Below are positions 12,959 through 24,669 of a stretch of DNA of 64,000 bases, in pieces. Source of the stretch: Mobula hypostoma (lineage: Eukaryota); the NCBI RefSeq assembly GCF_963921235.1, contig NC_086118.1, positions 27,468,001-27,532,000 on the forward strand, given 5' to 3'. How positions within the stretch are numbered: the first letter of the stretch is position 1; each line of letters opens with the position of its first letter. Below the pieces are notes generated by a model. It was given only the letters and a program-made list of their open reading frames with translations, did not search any database and had not been told where the DNA came from. Both the position numbers and the translations under genes were made by a program.

Positions 12959-14368
12959 AAAGAGCTGTTGGTGATTAAATCCTTCTCAATTCAGTCTGGA
13001 ATGGAAATCCCCCAATATTGAGGTTGTGCACTGGTTCCAGATAGAACAATTAGGAGAAGTATCATCCTGTATTTATTTACCCTGTTAAGTTTTGTGAAAA
13101 TTTTTTTGATTCAATAATGGCATGTCTCATTTTTCTGAGAGGACGAAGGATCTCAACCTGAAATGTTACAGCCCAGTTCTCCCCTCTGATGCAGCTTGAC
13201 TTGCTGAGTTGCACCAGCAGCTTGTGTTTATTTCACTCAAGACTCCATCTTCTATAGTCTCTGTGGACAGCAGTTGTATATTATAACTACTAGGGCACTT
13301 ACCTTGATACGTATTATTGTATGCATTTTGCAAAATTATTTTTTTAATGTGGATGAGGAACATTTAAAGAGCTGGGCTGGGGTGAGGTCACAGGTTAAAA
13401 TATAAAATGCCTGCATCAGGAATTCAAGGTTTTGCCAAGTGGAGTGACTAACTCATTCATTGGAAGCTCACTGGTCAATGAGCTGAAGTATTAACTCTGT
13501 TTCTTTGTTCACAGAAGTTGTCTGGCCTGCAGTGCATTTTTGCATTTTCTGTCTTGAAAACTGCATGGCAGCAATTGAAGACAGCCATGTAGAATAGGTT
13601 TTATAAAGAAGAACTATCTTGTAATTGTTTGTAGGGAGAGTACCTCACTGTGTGTAAGTAAATATTGTACATTCCACAACTCTCTCTTCCCACAAAGCGA
13701 ATCCACACTTGCAACTGTGATTCCTCCCATTTTCTTCTTAGCTGTCCTTCTGGATTAAGGATGCATAAGTGTGTAGCGTCAAACGTGGCTATAAGATCAA
13801 TACGGAAACACAAACCTGGTCAGGTGTCAGGTCTCTCAGTGGGAGAGCATTTTGGAGATAGTGATCACAATTTTATCTCCTTTACAATAGCACTGGAGAG
13901 AGATAGGAACAGACAAGTTAGAAAAACATTTAATTTGAGTAATGGGAATTATGAGGCTATCAGGCAGGAATTTAGAAGCTTAAATTGGGAACAGATGTTC
14001 TCAGGGAAAGGTACGGAAGAAATGTGACGAATGTTCAGGAGATATTTGTGTGGCATTCTGCACAGGTATGTTCCAATGAGACAGGGAAGTTATGGTAGGG
14101 TAGAGGAACCGTGATGTACAAAGGCTGTAGGAAATCTAGTCAAGAAGTAAAGAAAAACTTACGAAAGATTCAAAGAGCTAGGTAATGATAGAGATCTGGA
14201 AGATTATATGGCTAACAGGAAGGAGATTAAGAAGAAAATTAGGAGAGCCAGAAGGGGCCATGCGAAGGCCTTGGAGGGCAGGATTAAGGAAAACCGCGAG
14301 GCATTCTACAAGTATGTGCAGAGCAAGAGGATAAGACATGAAAGAATAGGATCTATCAAGTGTGTCAG

Positions 14369-14552
14369 GGAGTGTCAGCGAGGGGTAGCACCTCTGGTGG
14401 GGGAACATGTCGCATCCTTTTCAAGGCGGTTAGTCCATCTTTGGTCCCCACTTGGCACTCAGATCTCACCTGTGGCTCCCCGTAGCTGTTTGCATGTGAC
14501 AGCGGCCACACCCTGGGCAACGGCTTCGACAAACCGGCTAAACCAGGTGAGA
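14369..14552 (+). ncRNA. Candidate HDV-like (double-pseudoknot) self-cleaving ribozyme
   Basis: Manual fold: P1 GGAGUGU(14369-75)/ACACCCU(14508-14); P2 UCUCACCUG(14464-72)/CAGGUGAGA(14544-52); P3 GGC/GCC; L3 starts UCCCCG; P1.1 CC/GG; GCAA; P4 CGG..CCG; J4/2 G-C-U-A-A with catalytic-C equivalent at 14538. Confidence 0.65.
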
Positions 14553-14920
14553 GTAGCCAACAGGTCTCAAACACTCGATGAGATAGGAAGTTGTCTATCC
14601 CAGCATGTGAAGAGATACTCCAGCGGATTGAGAGGACAAGACCAACAGAAGGTTCAACGGTCAAGAAGGCGGTCTCTGCAAGCGTTGTGGAACATGTAGA
14701 GCAGGACAAGACACAGAAGATGTCCTGGTCATCCACTGCGCCTAGTTCCACCTCCAGCTATCTCGACTCTTGTCTTGCCACTGGATTCAGATGGGAATTG
14801 GGAACAGAGAGTGAGGCTGATGCTGCGCAACTCTCCCTCACTTAAATCCAAATCATGCGCTAGTCTCAACACCATCATTATGGTGACGAGATCCTCATCG
14901 ACGTCAACGATGGATGAATA
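14369..14920 (+). mobile_element. Non-autonomous RTE-type SINE-like element with 5' HDV-like ribozyme
   Basis: TSD TATCAAGTGTG(T/A)CAG at 14354-14368 and 14921-14935 (11 bp perfect, 15 bp with one mismatch). A 5'-truncated second copy lies at ~49925-50355. No coding capacity. RTE affinity is from recalled similarity. Confidence 0.8.
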
Positions 14921-17894
14921 TATCAAGTGTGACAGTGGGAAAGTGTGTATGGAACTGGAGGAAATAGCAGAGGCACTTAATGAATACTTTACTTCAGTAT
15001 CCACTATGGAAAAGGATCTGGGCGATTGTAGGGATGACTTGCAGCAGACCGAAAAGCTTGAGCATGTAGATATTAAGAAAGAGGATGTGCTGGAGCTTTT
15101 CGAAAGCATCAAGTTGGATAAGTCACCGAGACTGGATGAGAAGTACCCCAGGCTACTGTGGGAGGTGAGGGAGGAGATTGTTGTGCCTCTGGCGATGATC
15201 TTTGCATCATCAACGAAGATGGGAGAAGTTCCGGAGGATTGGAGGGTTGCGGATGTTTTTCCCTTATTCAAGAAAGGGAGTAGAGATAGCCCAGGAAATT
15301 ATAGACCAGTGAGTCTTACTTCAGTGGTTAGTAAGTTGATGGAGAAGATCCTGAGAGGAAGGATTTATGAACATTTGGAGAGGTATAATATGATTAGGAA
15401 TAGTCAGCTTGGCTTTGTCAAGGGCAGGCCGTGCCTTACGAGCCTGATTGAATTTTTTGAGGATGTGACTAAACATATTGTGAAGGAAGAGCATTAGATG
15501 TAGTGTATATGGATTTCAGCAAGGCATTTGATAAGGTACCCCATGCAAGGCTTATTGAGAAAGTAAGGAGACATGGGATCTAAGGAGACATTGCTTTGTG
15601 GATCCAGAACTGGCTTGCCTACAGAAGGCAAAGAGTGGTTGTAGACGGGTCATATTCTGCATGGAGGTTGGTCGCCAGTGGTGTGCCTCAGGGATCTGTT
15701 CTGGGACCCTTACTCTTCGTAATTTTTATAAATGACCTGGATGGTGGTGGAGGGATGGGTTAGTAAGTTTGCTGATGACACAAAGGTTGGGGGTGTTGTG
15801 GATAGTGTGGAGGGTTTCAGGGGTTACTGCGGGATATTGATAGGATGCAAAACTGGGCTGAGAAGTGGCAGATGGAGTTCAACCCAGATAAGTGTGAAGT
15901 GTTTCATTTTGGCAGGTCAAATATGATGGCAGAATATAGTATTAATGGTAAGACTCTTGGCAGAGTGGAGGATCAGAGGGACCTCGGGGTCTGAGTCCAT
16001 AGGACACTCAAAGCTGTTGCGCAGTTTGTCTCTGTGGTTAAGAAGGCATATGGTGTATTGGCCTTCATCAATCGTGGAATTGAATTTAGGAGCCGAGAGG
16101 TAATGTTGCAGCTATATAGGACACTATCAGGCCCCATTTGGAGTACTGTGCTCAGTTCTGGTCGCCTCACTACAGGAAGGATGTGGAAACCATAGAAAGG
16201 GTGCAGAGGAGACCTACAAGGATGTTGCCTGGATTGGGGAGTATGCCTTATGAAGACAGGTTGGGTGAACTCGGCCTTTTCTCCTTGGAGATAAGGAGGA
16301 TGAGAGGTGACCTGATAGAGGTGTATAAGATGATGAAAGGCATTGATCGTGTGGATTGTCAGAGGCTTTTTCCCAGGGCTGAAATGGCTGCCACAAGAGG
16401 GCACAGGTTTAAGGTGCTTGGGAGTAGGTACAGAGGAGATGTCAGGGGTAAGATTTTTACGCAGAGAGTAGTGAGTGCGTGGAATGGGCTGCCGGCAATG
16501 GTGGTGGAGGCAGATACGATAGGTTCTTTTAAGAGACTTTTGTATAGGTACATGGAGCTTAGAAAAATAGAGGGCTATGTGTAACCCCGGTAATTTCTAA
16601 GGTAGGGACATGCTCGGCACAACTTTGTGGGCCGAAGGGTATGTATTGTGCTGTAGGTTTTCAATGTTTTAACTCTTTATAACTCTCTTTCACAGATTGG
16701 GTGGGTGGGAGGTCTGAATTTGGTTGCACTGCTATAAAACAACATGGGATGGCCTTCATCCTGTATTAGCTCCCAACACCAGTGCAAGTGGGAAGTTTTC
16801 AGCACCATGTTGAACACTCCTTCTCCACTTTCAGCAGTCAAGTGCCAGCGACTCCCTAGAATTGAGTGTTCCATATTTCTTCCAGGAGGCTCTGATTAGA
16901 GCCTTGACTTTGTTTCTCTGTCTGCCTAATAGTTTTTTCCCATGACAGAGACTGGTATGGTGTTTACACTCCTCCTCATACTGTCATTACATTTGGAAAC
17001 CATGAGGTGTGACCAGCTGAACATATCCAGCCTGTAAATCAGACAACCTTTGGGGGAGTTGGTGGCAATGTGAAGAGAGTAAAATGGAACCAGGTAGCAT
17101 TGATGTAAATGGATGGTTGATGGTAGATGTGAACTTGGTGAGCTAAAGTATCTGCGTCTGTACTGTGTCATTCTTAAGAATCTAACAGAACTTAAAAGCT
17201 ATACTCCACTTAAAAACTGAAGGAGATTTGATAACCTGTTTGCCTTTGGGTTTCATAGTCTCATAATCGAACTCACCATTTTTACTTACACAGAAATATA
17301 TAAGCCTGAGAATTTTAGCATTGACATTTTATTTTCAAAAGCAATATGTTGCTGTTGCATTTGCTGCTTCTAAAGTGTTTCCAATTAATATCCCTCCCTT
17401 TCCTCTCCAATGATCTTCTATGACACATCTTTTCAACTTCTTTCCTGCCTCCTTCTTCCCTGTCCATGACCTTTGTAGATATGTCTTCTTCTGCCACATA
17501 TGTAAACATTCCTGTCACAGGTCCTTGAGGTTCCTGCATTTTCATTAATTCTGAAGGCTTACTGACAAACTAGCATCGTCATCTCAAACTACGAAGTCTC
17601 TTTGGGACTCTGAGATGAACATTGTTCCAGAATCAATCAGATCAGGACCGGCCTGGAAGTTAATCTTTTTGCGTTAAGTAGCTGGGTTAGGAAATTTAAA
17701 CAAAATAAATGACATCTGCACTGACTCTGTGTGGAACAGACAATTTCCATTTTTAACAAGAAATGCCCCATTTAATATTAATTGTTTTCTTTGAAATCAC
17801 TCACGGATTTAAATTTTAAATATGAAATTACATTCCATTGAAAACATTAGGAAAAAATTTGCACACAAAATGCTTCTGTCGTCTTCTTTTACCA

Positions 17895-18030
17895 TCATGG
17901 TGAAGGGCCTCGGCCTGAATCATCAACAGTTTATTCCCTCGCCTTGATGCTGCCTGACTTGCTGAGTTCCTCCAGCAAATTGTGTGTGTTGCTCAAGATT
18001 TTCAGCATCTGCATACTCTCTTGCGTTCGT
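17895..18030 (+). mobile_element. Penelope pLTR fragment with decayed hammerhead
   Basis: 'GTGAAGGGCCTCGGCCTGAATCATC...GATGCTGCCTGACTTGCTGAGTTCCTCCAGCA' is homologous to 21210-21340. Confidence 0.7.
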
Positions 18031-18234
18031 AAAATAAAGTCTGGCATCATGAGGAACAGACAGGAAATGTGCCAGTGATGAAATATCATTTTCAGGGATC
18101 ATTATTTGTAGGAAAGCATGATTATGGATTAATTAAATTGAGAATATCTTCAGGAAATAAAACCTGAACTATAAACCTATAGACCTGGATTATACATCAT
18201 TCCACCTTGTTATTTGTAAAACCAATTTAACTTT

Positions 18235-19706
18235 CAACTAAACACACACAGAATACTGGAGAACCTCAGTAAGTCAGGCAGCATCTGTGGAAGTGAATAA
18301 ACAGTTGACGTTTCGGGCTGACACCCTCCATTGAGACAGATAAAGAAAGGAGAAGAAGCCAGAACAAGAAGGTGGGGGTGGGGGGACGGGATAGAGTTCC
18401 CAGAGTGGGGAATTGAAGAAGAGGAAATGGGGAGGGGGAAATCACTGAAAGTTGGAGAAGGCGATGTCCATACCACCAGGTTGGAGGCAACCCAAACGGA
18501 ATATAAGGCATTGTACCTCAATCCTAAGTGTGGCCTTATCCCAGCAGTGGAGGATGGACGTATCAGAATGGGAATGGAAAGGGGAATTAAAATAGATGGC
18601 CACTGGGATCCTATTCTGGTTGGCTGCCGGTTACCAGTGGTGTTCCACAGGGATCAGTGTTGGGGCCGCTTCTTTTTAAATTGTACATCAACGATTTGGA
18701 TTATGGAATAGATGGCTTTGTGGCTAAGTTTGCTGACGATACGAAGATAGGTGGAGGGGCCGGTAGTGCTGAGGAAACGGAGAGTCTGCAGAGAGACTTG
18801 GATAGATTGGAAGAATGGGCAGAGAAGTGGCAAATGAAGTACAATGTTGGAAAGTGTATGGTTATGCACTTTGGCAGAAAAAATAAACGGGCAGACTATT
18901 ATTTAAATTGGGAAAGAATTCAAAGTTCTGAGATGCAACGGGACTTGGGAGTCCTCGTACAGGATTCCCTTAAAGTTAACCTCCAGGTTGAGTCAGTAGT
19001 GAAGAAGGTGAATGCAATGTTGGCATTCATTTCTAGAGGAATAGATTATAGGAGCAGGGATGTGATGTTGAGGCTCTATAAGGCGCTGGTGAGACCTCAC
19101 TTGGAGTACTGTGGGCAATTTTGGTCTCCTTATTTAAGAAAGGATGTGCTGACGTCGGAGAGGGTACAGAGAAGATTCACTAGAATGATTCTGGAAATGA
19201 AAGGGTTAACATATGAGGAACGTTTGTCCGCTCTTGGACTGTATTCCTTGGAGTTTAGAAGAATGAGGGGAGACCTCATAGAAACATTTCGAATGTTAAA
19301 AGGCATGGACAGAGTGGATGTGGCAAAGTTGTTTCCCATGATGGGGGAGTCTAGTACGAGAGGGCATGACTTCAGGATTGAAGGGCGCCCATTCAGAACA
19401 GAAATGCGAAGAAATTTTTTTAGGCAGAGGGTGGTGAATCTATGGAATTTGTTGCCACGGGCAGCAGTGGAGGCCAAGTCATTGGGTGTATTTAAGGCAG
19501 AGATTGATAGGTATCTGAGTAGCCAGGGCATCAAAGGTTATGGTGAGAAGGCGGGGCAGTGGGACTAAATAGGATAAAATGGATCAGCTCATGATAAAAT
19601 GGCGGAGCAGACTTGATGGGCTGAATGGCCTACTTCTGCTCCTTTGTCTTATGGTCTTATGGTCTTATGGGTGATCCCATTTTTTTTGGCAGGCAGAGCA
19701 TAGGTG
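18235..19706 (-). mobile_element. Inverted Penelope 3'/pLTR segment split by a CR1
   Basis: 18235-18605 and 19670-19706 are reverse-complement homologues of the PLE 3' region at 20740-21300. Confidence 0.65.
18606..19669 (+). mobile_element. Young 5'-truncated CR1 with open RT C-terminal frame
   Basis: 303-aa ORF 18657-19568 with 'AKFADDTKI' and 'LVRPHLEYC'. (TGGTCTTA)3 tail. Confidence 0.95.
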
Positions 19707-21345
19707 CTATACACCTCCATCCCCCACCAGGAAGGCCCCAAAGCTCTCCATTTTTTCCTTCACACCAGACCTAACCAGTTCCTCTCCAACATCACTCTCC
19801 TCCGCCTGCGGAACTTGTCCTCACTCTAAATAAGTGGGGCTACCCCTTTAGCTCCTCCCACTTCCTTCAAACAAAAGGGTTAGCCTGAGCACTCGCACGG
19901 GTCCCAGCTGTACCTGCCTGTTTGTTGACTGTATGGAACAGTTTATGTTCCAAGCCTACACCATTCTGCACTTTTCCTACATTACATGGATAGCTGCATT
20001 GGTGCTGCTTCCTGCACCCATGCTGAACTCATCGACTTCATCCACTTTGCCTCCAACTTCCGTCCTGCCCTCAAATTTACCTGGTCCATTTCTGACACCT
20101 CCCTCTACTTTCTTGATCTCACTGTTTCTATTTCCAGAGACAGCGTATCCTCCAATATCTAAAATAAACCCACAGACTCTCACAGCTACCTGGACTATTC
20201 ATCGTTCCACCTTGTTATTTGTAAAACGCCACCTCCTTCTCTCAATCCCTCCATTTCCACTGCATCTACTCTCAGGGTGAGGCTTTCATTTTAGAAAGAA
20301 GGAGAAATCCTCCTTTTTCAAAGAAAGTGGCTTCCCTTCCTCCACCACCAACACTGCCCTCAACTGCATCTCTTCCATTTAACGCACGTCTGCTCTTACC
20401 CCATCCTCCCGCCACCCTACCAGAGATAGGGTTCCTCTTGTCCTCGCCTACCTCCCCCACATTTTCTGCTTTCCGCAGGGATTGTTCCCTGGGCGACACC
20501 CTTGTCTATTCATCTCTCCCCACTGATCTCCCTCCTGGTACTTACCCTTGCAAGCAGAACAAGTGCTACCCCTGCCCCTACACCTCCTCCCTCACTACCA
20601 TTCAGGGCCCTAAATAGTCCTTCCAGCTGAGGCGACACTTCACCTGTGAGTCTGTTGCGGTCATATACTGTGTTCGGAGCTGCCGGTGTGGCCTCCTGTA
20701 TATCGGTGAGATCCGACGCAGATTGGGAGATCGCTTTGCCGAGCACCTACTCTCCATCTGCCAGAAAAAGCGTGATCTTCCACTGGCCACCCATTTTAAT
20801 TCCACTTTTCGTTCCCATTCTGATATGTCCATCCATGGCCTCCTCCACTGTCGTGATGAGGTCACACTTAAGTTGGAAGAACAGCACCTTATATTCGATT
20901 TGGATAGCCTCCAACCTGATGGCATGAACATTGACTTCTCAGATTTCCGGTAATGCCCCCCCTTCACTATTTCTCATTCCTTTTCCCTCTCTCACCTTGT
21001 CTCCTTGCCTGCTCATCGTCTCCCTCTGGTGCTCCTTCTCCCTTTTTCTTTCTTCCATGGTCTTCTGTCTCTTTCACCAATCAACTTCCCAGCCCCTCCA
21101 CCCCGCCCTTTTCTTCACCTCTCCCCCTCCAGGTTTCACCTATCACCTTGTGTTTCTCTCTCCCCTTCCCCCACCTTTTAAATCTACTCCTCAGCTTTTT
21201 CTCTCCAGTCCTGCCGAAGGGTTTCGGCCCGAAATGTCGACTGTACTCTTTTCCTTAGAAGCTGTCTGGCCGGCTGAGTTCCTGCAGCATTTTGTATGTG
21301 TTGCTTGGATTTCCAGCATCCGCAGAATTTCTCTTGTTTGTTTTT
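19707..21345 (+). mobile_element. Penelope-like retroelement (RT + GIY-YIG relic + pLTR)
   Basis: 'LYTSIPH' RT motif and a decayed FLQTKG..GP motif B. GIY-YIG 'VIYCVR..CGLLYIGEIRRRLGDRFAEHL..EEQHLIF.L.SLQPDGMNIDFS'. Pyrimidine-rich pLTR with hammerhead motif. Confidence 0.9.
21207..21242 (+). ncRNA. Minimal type I hammerhead ribozyme motif (core variant CUGCCGA)
   Basis: AGTC-CTGCCGA-A-GGGT-TTCG-GCCC-GAAAT-GTC-GACT: stem I AGTC/GACT, stem II GGGU/GCCC, GUC triplet. Confidence 0.7.
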
Positions 21346-22327
21346 GAAACAGGCACCTGTATTGAATATTTGAAAGGTGAGGTACTGCCATTGCAAGTAT
21401 ATAGTTCTGTAAATTTCCTCACCCATATTCCAGATGTTAAATTTAATTAGGTGATTATAGCAATTTAAAGTTCAACATAAATGAGCAAAGTACATATATG
21501 TCACCATATACAACAGCGAGATGTGTTTTCTTGTGGCCATACATAGTAAAATGTATGTTAAGTTAATGCTTTATTGCTACCTTTGTGCTGAAACAGTATA
21601 AAACATCATGTCAGGAGAGTGAGATTAGTTTTGATACTGAAGGATTGCTGTATGAATGCAGACAGCTCCAGCTTCTGTGTGGATCAGTTTAGTTAGTCAA
21701 CACCTCCAGCAGGCTGTATGATTTTCAGTATCAGGAGAATCTTTTGTGTTTGTCAAATAAAATCTGTGATCACGAGAAACCAGGCAGGAAACCTGCCAAT
21801 GATTATATATCATTTCGGTGCAAGATTCCATTTTAAACAGCCGAATAAGATGTTGCAGCCGAGTATATTTTGTTTTAATTTCCCTGTGGGCTCTGGGGTG
21901 AATGCAATAGGTCTGGAGTGAATTTCTATCAGGTACAATGAGCTTAACTTGAGCAATCACAGATGATGTTGAGATTAGGGGCAGGTCGTATTATAGGACG
22001 TGTCACTCTGAAGGAGGAGGAAGTGTTGGGTCCGTTACTACTATTAAGTAGAAGATGTCCAGGAAGCTGACAGGTCTGAAAGTAGGTAAGTCACCTGGAC
22101 TGGATGAAGCACACTTCTGAGTTCTGAAAGAGATAGCTGAAGAGATTGTGGGGGCATTAGTAGTGATCTTACAAGAATCACAAGGTTCTGGAATGGATTT
22201 GGAGTATTAGGAAATTGTATATGTCTTTAAGAAGGGAAGGAGGGAAAAGACAGGAAATAATAGGGCAACACACATAAAAATTGCTGGTGAATGCAGCAGG
22301 CCAGGCAGCATCTATAGGAAGAGGTAC

Positions 22328-22363
22328 AGTCGACGTTTTGGGCCGAGACCCTTCGTCAGGACT
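22328..22363 (-). ncRNA. Minimal hammerhead motif (GAAA box mutated to AAAA)
   Basis: Minus: AGTC-CTGACGA-A-GGGT-CTCG-GCCC-AAAAC-GTC-GACT. Confidence 0.7.
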
Positions 22364-23516
22364 AACTGAAAGAAGAGATAGTAAGAGATTTGAAAGTGGG
22401 AGGGGGAGGGGAAGATCGGAAATGATAGGAGAAGACAGGAGGGGGAGGGATGGAGCCAAGAGCTGGAAAGTTGATTGGCAAAAGGGATATGAGAGGATCA
22501 TGGGACAGGAGGCCTACGGAGAAAGAAAGCGGGAGGGGGGAAGCCCAGAGGACGGGCAAGGGGTATAGTGAGAGGGACAGAGGGAGAAAAAGGAGAAAGA
22601 GAATAAATAAATAACGGGTGGGACATGAAGGGGAGATGAGGCATTAACGGAATTTGGAGAAGTCAATGTTCATGCCATCAGGTTGGAGGCTACCCAGATG
22701 GAATATAAGGTGTTATTCCTCCAACCTGACTGTGGCTTCATCTTGACAGTAGAGGAGGCCATGGATAGACATATCAGAATGGGAATGGGACGTGGAATTA
22801 AAATATGTGGCCACTAGGAGATCCTGCTTTCTTTAGTGGACAGAGCGTAGGTGTTCAGTGAAATGGTCTGCCAGCCTGCGTTGGGTCTCGCCAATATATA
22901 GAAGGTCGCATTGGGAGCCCCGTATGCAGTATATCACCCCAGCTGACACACAGGTGAAGTGTCGCCTCACCTGGAAGGACTGTCTGTGGCCCTGAATTGT
23001 GGTGAAGGAGGAAGTGTAAGGGCATGTGTAGCACTTGTTCGGTTTACAAGGGTAAGTGCCAGGAGTAAGATCGGTGGGAAGGGATGGGGGGGACGAATAG
23101 ATAAGGGAGTCGCGTAGGGAGCGATCCCTGCGGAAAGCAGAGAGGCGGGTGAGGGAAAGATGAGCTTAGTGGTGGGATCCTGTTGGAGGTGGCGGAAGTT
23201 GCAGAGAATTATATGTTGGACCCGGAGGCTGGTGGGGTGGTAGGTGAGGACCAGGAGAACCCTATTCCTAGTGGGGTGGCGGGAGGATGGGTGAGAGCAG
23301 ATGTGTGTGAAATGGGAGAGATGCGTTTGAGAGCAGAATTGATGGTGGAGGGAAGGAAGCTGCTTTCTTTAAAAAAGGAGGAGATCACCCTCGTCCTGGA
23401 ATGATGGTGGAGGAAGGGAAACCCCTTTCTCCCTCCCCCTCCTGTCTTCTCCTATCATTTCAGATCTCCCCCTCCCCTTCCCACTTTCAAATCTCTTACT
23501 ATCTCTACTTTCAGTT

Positions 23517-23552
23517 AGTCCTGATGAAGGGTCTCAGCCTGAAACGTCGATT
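23517..23552 (+). ncRNA. Minimal type I hammerhead ribozyme with intact core
   Basis: AGTC-CTGATGA-A-GGGT-CTCA-GCCT-GAAAC-GTC-GATT: intact CUGAUGA and GAAA, palindromic ACGU in the stem III position, GUC triplet. Confidence 0.8.
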
Positions 23553-24669
23553 GTACCTCTTCCTATAGATGCTGCCTGGCTTGCTGAATTCACCAGCAAC
23601 TTTTATGTGTGTTGCTTGAAATTCCAGCATCTGCAGATCTCCTTGTGTTTGCGAAATAATAGGGCAGTTCGTCTGACTTCATTGTTTTGCAAGATGTAAG
23701 ATTCCATTACTAAAGAAGAGGTTTTGGGGTACTTGGAACTACATGTTAAATTAGCATGGCTTCCTTAAGGAGAAACCTTGCCTGACAAATCTGTTGGAAT
23801 CTGTTGAGGAAGTAACAGGCATGATAGAGAAAGGAGAGCAAGCGAATGTCGTTTACTTGGATTTTCCAAAGGCCTTAAACAATGGTGCCACACAGGAGAC
23901 TGCTAAACAAGATCAGAGCCGTTGGTACTAATGAAAAGTAGCATGGACAGAAAGCTGGCTGACTGACAGAAGACAAAGAGTGAGAATAAAAGGATTGTTT
24001 TTCAGATTGTCTGCTGGAAACAAATGGCGTTTTGCAGGTGTCACCATTAGGACTGTTTCATTTCAGATTACATGTCGATGAAGTAGATGATGGAATTACT
24101 GACCTTATGGCCATGTTTGCTGATGATATAAAGGTAGGTGGTGGGTCAGACAGTGTTGAGGAAGTAGTGAGTCTGTAGAACAACTTGGACAGATTAGGAG
24201 AATGGGAAAAAAAAGCAGATGGAATACACTGTATTGGAGCGTATGGTCATTCATTTTGGTAGAAGGAATAAAAAGGTAGACTATTTTTCTAAACGGCGAC
24301 TAAATTCAGAAATCAAGGGTGCACAGAGACTTTGGAGTCCAAGTACAGGATTCCTTTCAGGTTAACTTTCAGGTTGAGTCAGTAGTAGGGAAAGTATATG
24401 CAATATTAGAATTTATTTTGAGAAGATTAGAGTATAAAGGTAAGAATGCAATACTGAGGCTTTATAAGGCATTGGTGAGACAGCATTTGGAGTACCTTGA
24501 ACATTTTGGGCTCCTTGTCTAGGAAAGAATGTGCTGGCATTGGAGATAGTTCAGAGAAGGTTCTCAAGAAGATACCAGGAATGAAAGGGTTAATGTATAA
24601 GACATGTTTGATGCCTCTGGGCATGTATTAGCTGGAGTTTAGAATAAATAGGGGGAATCTTTTGAAACC

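Larger units (their letters stand above)
13810..16670 (+). mobile_element. CR1 LINE (ORF2 pseudogene) split by an RTE-type insertion
   Basis: 'FGDSDHN' (APE end), 'PGNYRPVSLTSVV', 'SKFADDTKV', 'RRMRGDLIEVYK'. The reading 'RIGSIKC|DSGKVCMELEEIAEAL' rejoins across the insertion at 14369-14920. Confidence 0.95.
22268..23652 (-). mobile_element. Penelope-like insertion with inverted pLTR ends and 14-bp TSD
   Basis: TSD GAAATAATAGGGCA at 22254-22267 and 23653-23666. ~185-bp inverted repeats (22268-22452 and ~23430-23612). GIY-YIG relic on the minus strand at ~22650-23000. Confidence 0.92.
21990..24665 (+). mobile_element. Old CR1 relic hosting a Penelope insertion
   Basis: Decayed 'KSPG.D', 'VYLDF.KA', 'MFADD.KVGG' and 'LRLYKALVRQHLEY' motifs. 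Confidence 0.85.

Noticed and set aside
13635..13653. Possible plus-strand microexon (tgtag|GGAGAGTACCTCACTGTGT|gtaagt)
   Set aside because: 19 nt (not frame-preserving), weak polypyrimidine tract and no recognisable peptide. Such matches are expected by chance; needs RNA-seq.
14775..15497. 240-aa ORF as a novel gene
   Set aside because: Chance read-through from the non-coding RTE-type insert into the CR1 ORF2 frame.
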